From Octopus bimaculoides (Eukaryota), in contig NC_068990.1 in NCBI RefSeq assembly GCF_001194135.2, positions 66,454,710 through 66,518,587 of the forward strand: DNA of 63,878 nucleotides. Direction: 5' to 3'. Below, in pieces: positions 38,230-51,170 of the stretch (within the stretch, counting starts at the first letter, position 1; each line of letters opens with the position of its first letter). A model generated the notes under the pieces. The model did no database searches, was not told the DNA's origin, and worked only from the letters and a program-made list of their open reading frames with translations. The position numbers were made by a program, and so were the translations under genes.

Positions 38230-39726
38230 NNNNNNNNNNNNNNNNNNNNNNNNNNNNNNNNNNNNNNNNNNNNNNNNNNNNNNNNNNNNNNNNNNNNNNN
38301 NNNNNNNNNNNNNNNNNNNNNNNNNNNNNNNNNNNNNNNNNNNNNNNNNNNNNNNNNNNNNNNNNNNNNNNNNNNNNNNNNNNNNNNNNNNNNNNNNNNN
38401 NNNNNNNNNNNNNNNNNNNNNNNNNNNNNNNNNNNNNNNNNNNNNNNNNNNNNNNNNNNNNNNNNNNNNNNNNNNNNNNNNNNNNNNNNNNNNNNNNNNN
38501 NNNNNNNNNNNNNNNNNNNNNNNNNNNNNNNNNNNNNNNNNNNNNNNNNNNNNNNNNNNNNNNNNNNNNNNNNNNNNNNNNNNNNNNNNNNNNNNNNNNN
38601 NNNNNNNNNNNNNNNNNNNNNNNNNNNNNNNNNNNNNNNNNNNNNNNNNNNNNNNNNNNNNNNNNNNNNNNNNNNNNNNNNNNNNNNNNNNNNNNNNNNN
38701 NNNNNNNNNNNNNNNNNNNNNNNNNNNNNNNNNNNNNNNNNNNNNNNNNNNNNNNNNNNNNNNNNNNNNNNNNNNNNNNNNNNNNNNNNNNNNNNNNNNT
38801 ATATATACGCACACACACACACATATATCCCTTGTCATATTTGTTCGTTCTATCTATCTCCCTATTATCATGTCCATGTACTGTCTGCCAGTCTTTGTTT
38901 ACGCTTACTCCTCCATACCTCCCGTCAGTAGATCATTACTTTCCTATTTAGGCAGCTTCTCATTCTTCTTCCAATGATAGAATTGCTCGCAACTATAAAG
39001 ATGGCTGCTGATCGTTTGCAGAGAAATGCTCTCTCTGCACATATATTTTTGAAACAGCTGTAAAAGCAAACCTCTCCCCTCTTTCCTCCTTTCATCTCCT
39101 CCCTGTCTGGATTTTAGATAGATGACCGTCTTCATCTAACACAAGAAAATACCATAACCAATATGTTCATTTTTCAATTGATCATTTATCAAGTGCATAT
39201 TAAATAAAATATATAACATCAAAAGCTAACCTGATAACAGCTGTTTGCCTGTGTATGCTTTTATTGTATTATATACGTACCTGGTCGATTTAAACACCGG
39301 TTATAGCTAACCTTGATTAGGCTATAACAACCCTACTTTCTATAGTCGCTGTTGAAGTTGGTGTCATGCGATTCTTGGACGTGTAGTCTATTTTTAGCTA
39401 CAAAAGTGACATATTCTTGCACTGTTAAATACATCACAAAAAATATATTAATATGTCCTACTGGGTAAAATTCTATCTATTTATTAGACTTATAACATGG
39501 TATTAGAACTCAGTACACGTATGTTTCAGAACATACTGTTAGATGAGTATAGATCGGCAATAAGGAAAAGATGACAGGCAAAAAACAATGGTTGTATTAT
39601 CAACTTCATTAATTTACAGTTGTTTCTGCTATAGGATGCAACGCACTCTAAGTTGAGTGCCACAATAGCATTCTCTTTAGCATGTGTTTGTGTGTGTGTT
39701 TGCGTGCGTGTGCGTGTATGTGTATG

Positions 39727-39764
<38 letters not shown>

Positions 39765-40849
39765 AACGTATGTATATATGTATGTATGTATATATGTATA
39801 GATGTATATAATTATACACATATACATAACAAAGTATGTTGTGTTATTTGCGTAATCTTGTAACATGTGATATAGAATCACTTGGTCAATTTGGTTCACA
39901 TACAAAATTCAGCAACATGCTGTCAACAATATTATTCAAAACACTGTCATCTTGTTGAAGACGTGTGAAGTAGTTTTGTAGAGTGTGAAAACGAGGCTGA
40001 GTACCACTAAAGAATAAATTATTGTTCTCCAGGGAGTTAACGCGTTTAGTCCGGTCTACTTGTTCCATTGTTTTAGTTATATGTAAGATCTCTAATTAAC
40101 CGTCTTTCCACGGTTTTCCATCTTTACCAATAATTGCTTCTTTCAATGCTGCTGGAATTTTTCCAGTTTATAGATAATTTTCAAAAAAAAAAATGATTTA
40201 AACATTGTTTTTCCTGAAGATTTGCATAATTTTAAATTACTACTGGAAAACAAACAAGCCCTGGAAATGAATTGTTTTAGGCAATAAAATGAGTCTGTTA
40301 TATCCTTCTTTTGATGATGGTGATGATAACGAATTAATTAGTGGTATTGATTTCTGGTTGTTTAAAGAAAATACCCGTGTAATTAACATGTGTATATTTA
40401 GTGGCTGAAAGAAGATTGAGGACAGATTTCATCTTATTGCTTATCATCATTTCATGTTCAAAGCTTAAAACTACTGACAACGCTCCCTCATCTAAGCAGA
40501 TTTATGAAAAACGTTGTGGCTGAACCAGTTTAACACATGTGTATACCTCTTACCGTTCTAGAATAAACACCGATTGTACCATTTTATCATCACCTATACT
40601 TATTGGTGAACATATTACTTACCTACGTAGCAACACTTCCCACCTTTATCTTTAAAGTATTTCTTTATTGTAATAACTCTATAATGTTTTTTTACCACTG
40701 ATATCACATACATCTCGGCTTATGTAACATTTTATTATACTTTATGTGCAATTGTCTACGTGACAAATACATACTTCTCTACAAATAGAGAAGTATTTAC
40801 CGGAGGTATTCCACTCACAATCGTAAGTAGTTAGCTCGATACACGGCGA

Positions 40850-41075
40850 AGTATTGCGTTCTTGAGCAAGGCATTTTATTTCACTTTGCCCCAGTCCACT
40901 CAGCTGACAAAAATGTATAATGCTGGCATTTCAAAAAGCCAACCATTTCACATTCTGCGTCACGCTGAATCTCCCTGAGTACTACGTTAAGGATATGCCT
41001 GTCTGTGGAGAGCTCAGCCACTTGCATGTTAATTTCACGAGCATGCTCTTCCGTTGATCGGATCAGCTGGAACAG
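40850..41075 (+). mobile_element. SINE family D (CORE-like domain shared with family C, different 3' half), head missing
   Basis: gttcttgagcaaggca.tttatttcac.ttgccccagtccactcagctg matches the 12066-12115 domain, then diverges. Confidence 0.7.
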
Positions 41076-41642
41076 TTTATGTATGTATGTATGTATGTAT
41101 GTATGTATGTATGTATGTATGTGTACGTAGAAAATTTGACTGGTGTTGTTAGTGCTGCCATCTAGAGTTGCTTTCGGACGATGAGACAGACAGAAAGAGA
41201 ATTTGCTAAATAGACTGAAGAAAGGTTGAAGCTTCCCTTTAAGGGGAGAGAACTTCTCAGGGCTGATAATTTTAAAAAAACAAACCTTTTTGTATATATA
41301 TTNNNNNNNNNNNNNNNNNNNNNNNNNNNNNNNNNNNNNNNNNNNNNNNNNNNNNNNNNNNNNNNNNNNNNNNNNNNNNNNNNNNNNNNNNNNNNNNNNN
41401 NNNNNNNNNNNNNNNNNNNNNNNNNNNNNNNNNNNNNNNNNNNNNNNNNNNNNNNNNNNNNNNNNNNNNNNNNNNNNNNNNNNNNNNNTGTATATAGGAA
41501 TATATTATTTTATTAAAAGAGTTCCAACTCTGTCTGTTTTTTATGTTTTATTTATATTCTTGTAAAATTAATGTGGGATATAGAATATGGAATATATAAT
41601 ATATAAAATAAAAATGGATGGTACAATGAAATGAAGTATTGA

Positions 41643-41707
41643 ATGTCTTATTGAATATATGGAATATGTCTTATTGAATATATGGAATATGTCTTATTGA
41701 ATATATG
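41643..41707. repeat. 23-bp tandem (ATGTCTTATTGAATATATGGAAT) x~3
   Basis: Seen directly. Confidence 0.9.
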
Positions 41708-43165
41708 AAAGATTGAGTGTTCAATATAAAGGATTAAATATATAAAGGCGAATACGTATTTTCAATACCTTTTTGGTATTTCATCATGGCCGGTATCTGA
41801 CAGACTGTAACGGCACTCAGGCTGTTCGGGTTTAGCTCAAGTATAAATTTAGTAAACTGAACGTGTATTTCCAAGCTGATTTAATTTCTGCCAACACTGA
41901 CTTCAAGTATATAATTGTAGCCAATAACTCGGGCTACTTTTATTGAGCCTGGTCGCAATTCATTCATTTTCGTTCAGCGTCTGGCATTTTGTCTTAGTGG
42001 GACCTGTGTCAAAAAATGTCATTCATAGCTGACGTTCTCTCGACATCGTTCACACGCGCCTGATTCGGGCTAGGAAGTTACAGCCCGAGCTGTTATCTAT
42101 AATCGTAACAATTAAAAGTAAATCAAATTCAATGTTTTCTTGAAGCAATAAATTTCTATAGAGATTAGGATTTAAATTCCAATCGATGAAAAGCTTCCGT
42201 TCAGCAATATTCTTAAATGAACGAAAAAATTATCCAGCAGCTCGAGCTAATACGAACGAGCCTGGTAGGTGTAAAAGCCTAACTGTTATCTCTTGTCAAG
42301 AGTACAGGTGACAGTGAGATCGCTGATATTTGTTGCGCACTACGCTGTCGTTATTTGATTGCTCTTATTCTGTGCGCCGCTGTGTAAATATCAGTTGTGT
42401 TTTGCAGGATTGCTTTATTTTTACCCTTAATTTAGAAATGGAGAAAGACAGAGTGTTAGATATAAAAAGTAAGGCGGTTGGGGCTAGAAATATTNNNNNN
42501 NNNNNNNNNNNNNNNNNNNNNNNNNNNNNNNNNNNNNNNNNNNNNNNNNNNNNNNNNNNNNNNNNNNNNNNNNNNNNNNNNNNNNNNNNNNNNNNNNNNN
42601 NNNNNNNNNNNNNNNNNNNNNNNNNNNNNNNNNNNNNNNNNNNNNNNNNNNNNNNNNNNNNNNNNNNNNNNNNNNNNNNNNNNNNNNNNNNNNNNNNNNN
42701 NNNNNNNNNNNNNNNNNNNNNNNNNNNNNNNNNNNNNNNNNNNNNNNNNNNNNNNNNNNNNNNNNNNNNNNNNNNNNNNNNNNNNNNNNNNNNNNNNNNN
42801 NNNNNNNNNNNNNNNNNNNNNNNNNNNNNNNNNNNNNNNNNNNNNNNNNNNNNNNNNNNNNNNNNNNNNNNNNNNNNNNNNNNNNNNNNNNNNNNNNNNN
42901 NNNNNNNNNNNNNNNNNNNNNNNNNNNNNNNNNNNNNNNNNNNNNNNNNNNNNNNNNNNNNNNNNNNNNNNNNNNNNNNNNNNNNNNNNNNNNNNNNNNN
43001 NNNNNNNNNNNNNNNNNNNNNNNNNNNNNNNNNNNNNNNNNNNNNNNNNNNNNNNNNNNNNNNNNNNNNNNNNNNNNNNNNNNNNNNNNNNNNNNNNNNN
43101 NNNNNNNNNCTTCATACTAAAAATATCCGCCTATGGATATAATAATAGATTACTTTATTCTTTCT

Positions 43166-43214
43166 GTCTCCGATGAAGGGAAGTACTGGATCTTCCCAGA
43201 AACAGCTGTAAGGC
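43166..43214 (+). ncRNA. Candidate minimal type-I hammerhead ribozyme (Penelope-like), core CCGAUGA
   Basis: GUCU-CCGAUGA-A-GGGAAG-UACUGGAU-CUUCCC-A-GAAAC-AGCU-GUA^AGGC: P1 4 bp (one G-U), perfect 6-bp P2, palindromic CAGCTG stem III, GUA cleavage triplet. Confidence 0.65.
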
Positions 43215-43416
43215 TCTATCCATAAAATTCTTCAACCTTACCTTTGCTCTCTTTATCTTTTTGTTTTTTTATATATTTACATATACACACGCTAATACAC
43301 GACTTATAATACCCAATCCTGTTCATACAACGACCGGGGCAAACTAATCGGTATACAGCACTTACTCGGTATTACCTGTATCCTCCGGGGTTTGGTTAAA
43401 TCCAATACCCTCCTCA

Positions 43417-43453
<37 letters not shown>

Positions 43454-44095
43454 GCATACTTACTTACTCACACACACATATATATTCCTTTGCATTATAT
43501 ATAACGTTATGTGTATATATCTGTATTAAAAAAATTGCTTACGAGATTTTTGTTGATTACTGTAAATTTCTTGTTTGTGTCTGTTTTTAGTACGCGTTTA
43601 CATTCCCATATCAATAAAAGTATCAACAGACATTTCGTTCATTTTCATTTTTTTCCCATATTCTTGCAGATACCTAAATTTTGCGTATTTATGTATTCCT
43701 TCCTAAAAATATATATACTATAGTATATGAGATTTCATCTTTGTATCCTCACGTGTCAGAAAACGTGAACTTATGTGTATGAATTTCTGTATCTCCTTGT
43801 GCGTGTTCCAGTTACAGTATAATTTATCTGTACATATATATTCTTTTTATTTCAAATTAATACAGATATGTGTATGTGCGTACATCTATGTGAATATGCG
43901 TACCGGCATGTATCGGAATGCACCCAAAAATATGTATATGACTATGTATACACACGTTAATATATATGCATATATTTCCCCATATATGCCAATAAATGTT
44001 TCATTCAGGCCAATAAATGTTATTTCACAGACGTTTATATGTGAATTTACCATTCATTTTATATTTATGGATCTATTAATGCATCTCTATATATA

Positions 44096-44306
44096 AGAGG
44101 TCCTGAAAAGTTGCTGGTACTAAGGGTATCACGAAAGGTCTGGCTGGAGGCCTAACCTTTCGAGTTCTTTTACAGGGCTTAGTAAAACTGTAGGACCTCA
44201 GCAATAAGTGTGTGAATCTTAGAGGGGAATACGCCAAGTAAAATCATAATTAGAAGATCTTGTATTTTCTATTACCCAAAGCCAAGATCTTTTCAACTGC
44301 CCCTCG
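44096..44306 (+). mobile_element. ~210-bp mariner-derived MITE carrying the transposase C-terminal tip
   Basis: Degenerate TIRs gagg..ctgaaaagtt.ctgg / ccaagatcttttca.ctgcccctcg; internal LQGLVKL*DLSNKCVNLRGEYAK*. Confidence 0.8.
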
Positions 44307-44394
44307 AATTTGTATATCTATAAGATGCATTCCAGAGATTCTGTGGCTTTACTTTTTCAGGAGACATTATTAATTCTAAAGAAGAATTAACCTC

Positions 44395-45070
44395 TAATCT
44401 TTTTCACGGTAGGGTCTTCTGTCTTCCATGCACTTGTTGTAGCGCTCCAGCCACTTCGTGAAGACCGCCATGGAAGTCTTCCAAAGTGAAAGTTTCCAAG
44501 ACTCCCTTCACAGCATGCCACTGTCACTTTCTACAATAGCTTGGGGAACAACTAAAAGGCTGGAGTATAGGGAGGACAGTTTTGATGACCATCTCTTTCA
44601 AGTAGTTAGTTACCAGGATGGAATTGTGGACTGGTGCATTGTTCTGGCCTTTTGCGAGGATATCTCTTTCCGAATTTCCGCAAAACTTCTATAAAAAGCT
44701 CAGTAGATGTAGATGATGACTTTGCAGTTGGAAAAGGGGTTCATCATGTTTTTCCCGGTGAATTTGTGGTGACTATCCTTTTGTGCCAGCAAAAAAGAAG
44801 ATGTTCTGCTCGTGCAAGTTAATTCAGAAGCAATCAGTAAATGCACAAGCAATCCAGAGCATCTCATAAGTTTCTGTAGCATTTTGGGGCAGTTTAGCAC
44901 CAAACTTTATTGCAGAGCAAGCTCCCGAATTTTCTTTATGTTCCGACTGCATTCGGTAAACTCGTCTATTGTGACAGGCAATGTTTAATATAATGTGCTC
45001 CAATTGCTGCTGCAGCTATCTCCTTCAATCTGAAATAACAAAACTTGGCAGGTCAGCTTATTGCATGAAT
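44395..45070 (-). mobile_element. Heavily deleted mariner, related to the 15937 copy
   Basis: N-terminal AIKFGAKLPQNATETYEML; catalytic region NNAPVHNSILVTNYLKEMVIKT; C-terminal region TFTLEDFHG..KWLERYNKC. Confidence 0.8.
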
Positions 45071-45638
45071 AGTACTAATACACTAAAATTGCAGTAATCG
45101 AGGACAGTTATAACTGTCGCTCCAAATACAAAGTCTCATAACTTCCCGAATGCAACTCGTATGTACGTATGTATGTACGTACGTATGTATGTATGTATGT
45201 ATGTATGTATGTATGTACACTAGGGACGTACCGCGTAGGTAGGTAAGGTAGGCAGTGCCTACCTTGAATAAAATAGATCGATTGCAACATTTTCTTTTTA
45301 TGGTAAAATATGCATCTAATTCAGCAAAATTATGAAGGTTACTCTGATTAATATGGATAAAATGCAAAATATCCTGCCTTTCAATCTCAGTATTTAAGCT
45401 ACGCATAGTATTGGTGTAGTACACATGTTGCGTACACTCCTACAATACCGTTTTCTTTACGTGAGGTAAAGGCAGAAGTAAATCTGCCTTCAACTCAATT
45501 GCGCGATTGTATTTCGCTTATTTTTTGTGTGTTTTTCTACATAAAGGTCACCAATTACCTATCTTGAGTAATTAATGACAGCACGTACCTGGTATGGATG
45601 TATGTATGTATGTATGTATGTATGTATGTATGTATGTA

Positions 45639-45679
<41 letters not shown>

Positions 45680-46162
45680 ATCTATCTATCTATATAAATT
45701 AGGGGCTTTCCTCTTCATCTTTCTTGCATATTATTTCTAGCACATTTGTTTTATTAGTTTTACTTTTTGTGTACTTTTCCTGCCGAACCATCTGTTCAAT
45801 AATTATAAATTTATTAACTAAGTCATATAGTTGTGCTAAATTGCTTATTTTTATAAGTTTCAATTATTTTCATCAGAAAATAATATTTGATGAAATCTTG
45901 TGAGGAACCTAAACGTTTCAATCAATTTAGAGTTGCCTCTCAGAAGAGAGCAAAATATCTCCAGGAGCATCTACCAGTCCATACAGGGCGCTCTCCACTA
46001 ACGTCGGTGTTTTAAATATCTTTTGTTTGAAGTCAGAATTTTCCTTCATTGGGAACCGCTGTGATAACGATTATTTACAGGTCAAAATGTTCCAAATATA
46101 TCCGTTTTCTTCTGATGGGTTTTAAAACATTATATTACAAATTATTATTAATAGTTATAACG

Positions 46163-46382
46163 AGGTAGTGGGCTGGCAGAATCCTTTGTACGCCCGGTAA
46201 AATGGTTAGCGGCATTTCGTCCGTCTTTTTGTTTCGTGTTCAAATTCCGCCGTGGTCGACTATACCTTTCATTTATTTTCACGGTCGATGAAATAAGTAT
46301 CAGTTAAGCACTGTGGTCGATGTAATCGACTAGCCTCGTCCCCCAAATTTCCAGACCCTGTACCTACAGTAGAAAATATTAT
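46163..46382 (+). mobile_element. Full-length SINE family A
   Basis: gctggcagaatc, gttcaaattccgccg.ggtcgac, gtcgatgtaatcgactag, short att tail. Confidence 0.9.
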
Positions 46383-46694
46383 TAATAGCTATAAAAATAA
46401 GCACTACTGTATACTGTTAAACGTATAGTTTGCATATCTTCCATTGCATCTACATTATTATTCTAAGTGGAAATAAATTTATTGTTTACACCACATAACC
46501 GCATTGCTTTAGTTCAAATGAATTTAATTTTTCCTATAAACTTCTTTCATTATTGACTGTATACCTGATTGATTTCTAATTCCTAATAAACATATTTAAC
46601 TGTTGGCATAGGTTCTTCGTTTAAGATTTCTGGAATATATTCAAACTCTTACTATTAATAATTAAATATTATCAAATAACCATACATTAACAAT

Positions 46695-46736
<42 letters not shown>

Positions 46737-48976
46737 NNNNNNNNNNNNNNNNNNNNNNNNNNNNNNNNNNNNNNNNNNNNNNNNNNNNNNNNNNNNNNNN
46801 NNNNNNNNNNNNNNNNNNNNNNNNNNNNNNNNNNNNNNNNNNNNNNNNNNNNNNNNNNNNNNNNNNNNNNNNNNNNNNNNNNNNNNNNNNNNNNNNNNNN
46901 NNNNNNNNNNNNNNNNNNNNNNNNNNNNNNNNNNNNNNNNNNNNNNNNNNNNNNNNNNNNNNNNNNNNNNNNNNNNNNNNNNNNNNNNNNNNNNNNNNNN
47001 NNNNNNNNNNNNNNNNNNNNNNNNNNNNNNNNNNNNNNNNNNNNNNNNNNNNNNNNNNNNNNNNNNNNNNNNNNNNNNNNNNNNNNNNNNNNNNNNNNNN
47101 NNNNNNNNNNNNNNNNNNNNNNNNNNNNNNNNNNNNNNNNNNNNNNNNNNNNNNNNNNNNNNNNNNNNNNNNNNNNNNNNNNNNNNNNNNNNNNNNNNNN
47201 NNNNNNNNNNNNNNNNNNNNNNNNNNNNNNNNNNNNNNNNNNNNNNNNNNNNNNNNNNNNNNNNNNNNNNNNNNNNNNNNNNNNNNNNNNNNNNNNNNNN
47301 NNNNNNNNNNNNNNNNNNNNNNNNNNNNNNNNNNNNNNNNNNNNNNNNNNNNNNNNNNNNNNNNNNNNNNNNNNNNNNNNNNNNNNNNNNNNNNNNNNNN
47401 NNNNNNNNNNNNNNNNNNNNNNNNNNNNNNNNNNNNNNNNNNNNNNNNNNNNNNNNNNNNNNNNNNNNNNNNNNNNNNNNNNNNNNNNNNNNNNNNNNNN
47501 NNNNNNNNNNNNNNNNNNNNNNNNNNNNNNNNNNNNNNNNNNNNNNNNNNNNNNNNNNNNNNNNNNNNNNNNNNNNNNNNNNNNNNNNNNNNNNNNNNNN
47601 NNNNNNNNNNNNNNNNNNNNNNNNNNNNNNNNNNNNNNNNNNNNNNNNNNNNNNNNNNNNNNNNNNNNNNNNNNNNNNNNNNNNNNNNNNNNNNNNNNNN
47701 NNNNNNNNNNNNNNNNNNNNNNNNNNNNNTATATATATATATATATATATATCAAATACTCGGCTAAGTTTCATTTAATTACTGATAATCTTTAAAACCA
47801 TAAACGGATTAACTAACGATCCTTAGAATAAATATATATGAATAAATATTACGAAGTGACCCACGTCGTTAAGAAAGTGTTAACTAGTTATTAAGGTTTT
47901 CAATCTGCACAATCATAAATCTTATTAATATATGAATGTTAATGCCTGGTATCTTCAAACATCTAAATAATCCAGCATAGTTAGATTTTTAATCATACAA
48001 ATTTAATTAATTCGCGACATTGAGCTTTAACATGTCATTAACATTTCGCATTTAATAAGAGTGAGAACTGTATAATTCGCTAGACTTAGTGTAATATTTA
48101 ACTACTTCGTAATGAAGTGCAATAATTTCAATGTTAATTCAATACATTTATTCAACTCTACAAGCTGAATAAATTACCGTTATCATTTTGTCATTCGTTT
48201 TGCGTTTCATTTCTTCTACGAAGTCAGTTAGCAGTAGAAAGTAGAGATTGAAGAAATCGACGCGAATACTTCCCCAGTCAGCACGCCATATAGAATATCG
48301 AGGGAAGAAGATAGGAATGTGTATGGATTAAATCCACAAGGTGTTCCATGATTTACAATTCGACTGGTTAGTGCATTTATCGCAGGATATAATAGCAACC
48401 ACACTAAATAAGACGGTCTTGTTACATAATCTTATTCAAGGTTTGAGGAAGCATTTCATTTCTAAACATTGGTTTCTATGCATAATCAATCAACGAGTAA
48501 ATCAATCGATAAATGAAACATTCAGCTCCTCACCATCTGATTCTCGACTTTTAAGGAATCGCATACCTGTGAAATTCTGCCTGGGTGTCATCCCACAAGA
48601 CGTACCGAATTAAACCCTGACAGTGCTTTAATTTCTACAGCCAATAGATCCCTTCATGAGCTACCTATGATGTCCTAAAATATGATATAAACCTGGCTTC
48701 AAGAATTTTCTTCAATAATACTGTAAAGTTAGACAAGACCTGTCTACAGTAGGCAGAAATATATCGAGGGCCTGTCTAAATGTAAGAAAATACACACACA
48801 CACGTATGCATACATACACACGCATAATCAAATAAAAAATTGACTCAGCTGCATATTAACGTTTGCATTTATCTCATGTTATACTAAAAATACTTTGATA
48901 TCAAACTGGAGATGTACTTCATACATTTTGTACTTCTTGTAGAGTACTCTTTGTAATGCTTTCAGAAAAAGCGTTG

Positions 48977-49020
48977 ACAGAGACTTCGAAGTTTCGGTTT
49001 GCTAGCCTTCGTCGGACAGT
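48977..49020 (-). ncRNA. Candidate degenerate minimal hammerhead motif, core CCGACGA
   Basis: Minus strand ACUGU-CCGACGA-A-GG-CUAGCAAA-CC-GAAAC-UUCGAA-GUC^UCUGU; 10-nt palindrome ACTTCGAAGT; P1 imperfect. Confidence 0.5.
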
Positions 49021-49511
49021 TACACTACGATTAACAAGCGTTCTCTTCCTCATAAGTATATATTCATGTGTCTTCGTATCTGTTTTTGTGTGTGTGTGAG
49101 TGTGTGTATATGTACATCGGTATATAAATATATGCATATGTGTTTGTAAGTGAATACAAACACGCATAAACATTCATAATTAGAGATTTGCATATTGATG
49201 CGTGCTACTGAATTTACTCCGTAGCAACAGACTGGTCCAGGAGACAAAGCTTTAATTTGGTGTTAGCATTAAATGTTTAAAATTAATCGATCCAGGAGAT
49301 AGTTCTAAGTTGGCAAGATTTGCTGGCGTGCCAACAATATATCTGTCGGGTCAATATAGAAATCAGAACAGAGGTCAACGGGTGTTGATATCATCTTTAG
49401 TCAACGCTCAGTCGTTTTATTGTTGTAGCTGTCGTCTGCCAGTGGCCATGGCTGATGTTACAGACGATCGTTACACGCAACATAGCCATATCTTTTTCTC
49501 TCTGTCTTTCC

Positions 49512-49601
<90 letters not shown>

Positions 49602-50362
49602 CAGTATGTATGTGCATAAATGAATATATGCATATGTACATATGAAAATGTGTGCATGTATTCTATATATATATATATATATATATATTATATTATATAC
49701 ATTGCATTGCTATATATATGTGTGTGTGTACGAGTTATCTATATATATATATATATGTATTATATATATATATGTATATATACGTATATGTNNNNNNNNN
49801 NNNNNNNNNNNNNNNNNNNNNNNNNNNNNNNNNNNNNNNNNNNNNNNNNNNNNNNNNNNNNNNNNNNNNNNNNNNNNNNNNNNNNNNNNNNNNNNNNNNN
49901 NNNNNNNNNNNNNNNNNNNNNNNNNNNNNNNNNNNNNNNNNNNNNNNNNNNNNNNNNNNNNNNNNNNNNNNNNNNNNNNNNNNNNNNNNNNNNNNNNNNN
50001 NNNNNNNNNNNNNNNNNNNNNNNNNATATATATATATATATATATATTGCATGTATGGATGGATGGATGGATGGATGGATGGATGGATTGATGGATGCAT
50101 GTATGTATGTATGTATATTTCGTTTCCATTTACACTATGAAATTTAATTCTTTATAGTCTGGCAAATTGTAAGGTGTGACAAGGGATCCCTGATGAGTTT
50201 TATGAAAGACGAGACTTCTCGGTTTGTTGATCACGTCAAGCTGACTAACGGCCAGTGTTTTCATTATAGGTTGTTGTATTACAGCGCGACTAACTATGTA
50301 TAAACGAAAGTTATTGCATATAATTTAATTTCCATATACGAGCATATATGTATATATATATA

Positions 50363-51137
50363 TAGTGGGTCATGCGGTTTTTATACTTTTATTTTTCAAA
50401 AGCAAGATAAATGTAGTTCTTTTTTAATCTATAATATACTCTCCTTCATTTTCGACAATGCTATTCCATCTATCTGCTAGACTCGCAAGGTCCCTCTTTC
50501 AGATTTCACTTATCCGTGACGAAAAATACTTTTCCAGCACTCTTCTGACCTCGTCTGCAGAATTCATAATTTTCCGTCCAAATGATTTTGAAGACTGCAT
50601 AATTAATTATAATCAGATGAGGCAATGTCCTGCGAATATGGGGGGTGGGACATCGTTTCCCATTTAAACTTCTCCAGTCTTTGGAATATCATCCTCGCTA
50701 TATGTGGCGGAGCATTATCTTGGTAGAAGAACACCTTTCGTCTTGAAACCAATGATGGTCGCTTTACTTCTAGCGTCGACTTGAATGACTGGTTTAATGA
50801 CCAAATCCAAGCTTCTCTGCAAGTTCCTCAACAGTTACGACAGGAACCACTGTTGACACTGGTTTACGCTGCATTGATATTCCTGGCACTTTCTGTTGCG
50901 TTGTTGGCGTTATTGAACTAACAAAGCAAAATATGCCGAATATACTCCTTTAGCAGTTCCATTATAGTTTCGAAAAAATAACTGTTAAAATCGAACTGCA
51001 CCCTTCAAAACTTACACTAAGAATAAGGACAAGGTAACATTTCTACCTGCTTTAATTGCAAGTTGATGCTGGTAGTTTAATCCGTCCCCTCCGACTATCA
51101 GTTCTGCAATTGAAAAAGCCGCATTATTTATGGGATG

Positions 51138-51143
<6 letters not shown>
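50363..51143 (-). mobile_element. Internally deleted mariner inserted in (TA)n
   Basis: YQDNAPPHIA..SHPPYSQDIASSDY..DRWNSIVENEGEYIID*; N-terminal KEYIRHILL..NNATESARNIN; TIR ccgcattatttatgggatgaccc at the right, deleted version gggtcatgcggttttt at the left. Confidence 0.9.

Positions 51144-51170
<27 letters not shown>

Noticed and set aside
39005-39066. GAAACAGCTGTA, the same stem III as the 43166 motif, after a TGCAGAGA/TCTCTGCA hairpin
   Set aside because: No valid core, and an 11-nt insert precedes GAAAC; at best a decayed relative.
45960-46000. YLQEHLPVHTGRSP resembling a C2H2 linker
   Set aside because: No upstream C-x2-C and an in-frame stop soon after.
50183-50225. CTGATGA..GAAA hammerhead-like core
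   Set aside because: Stem II collapses to one G-U pair, P1 is only 2 bp and there is no palindromic stem III; consistent with chance.
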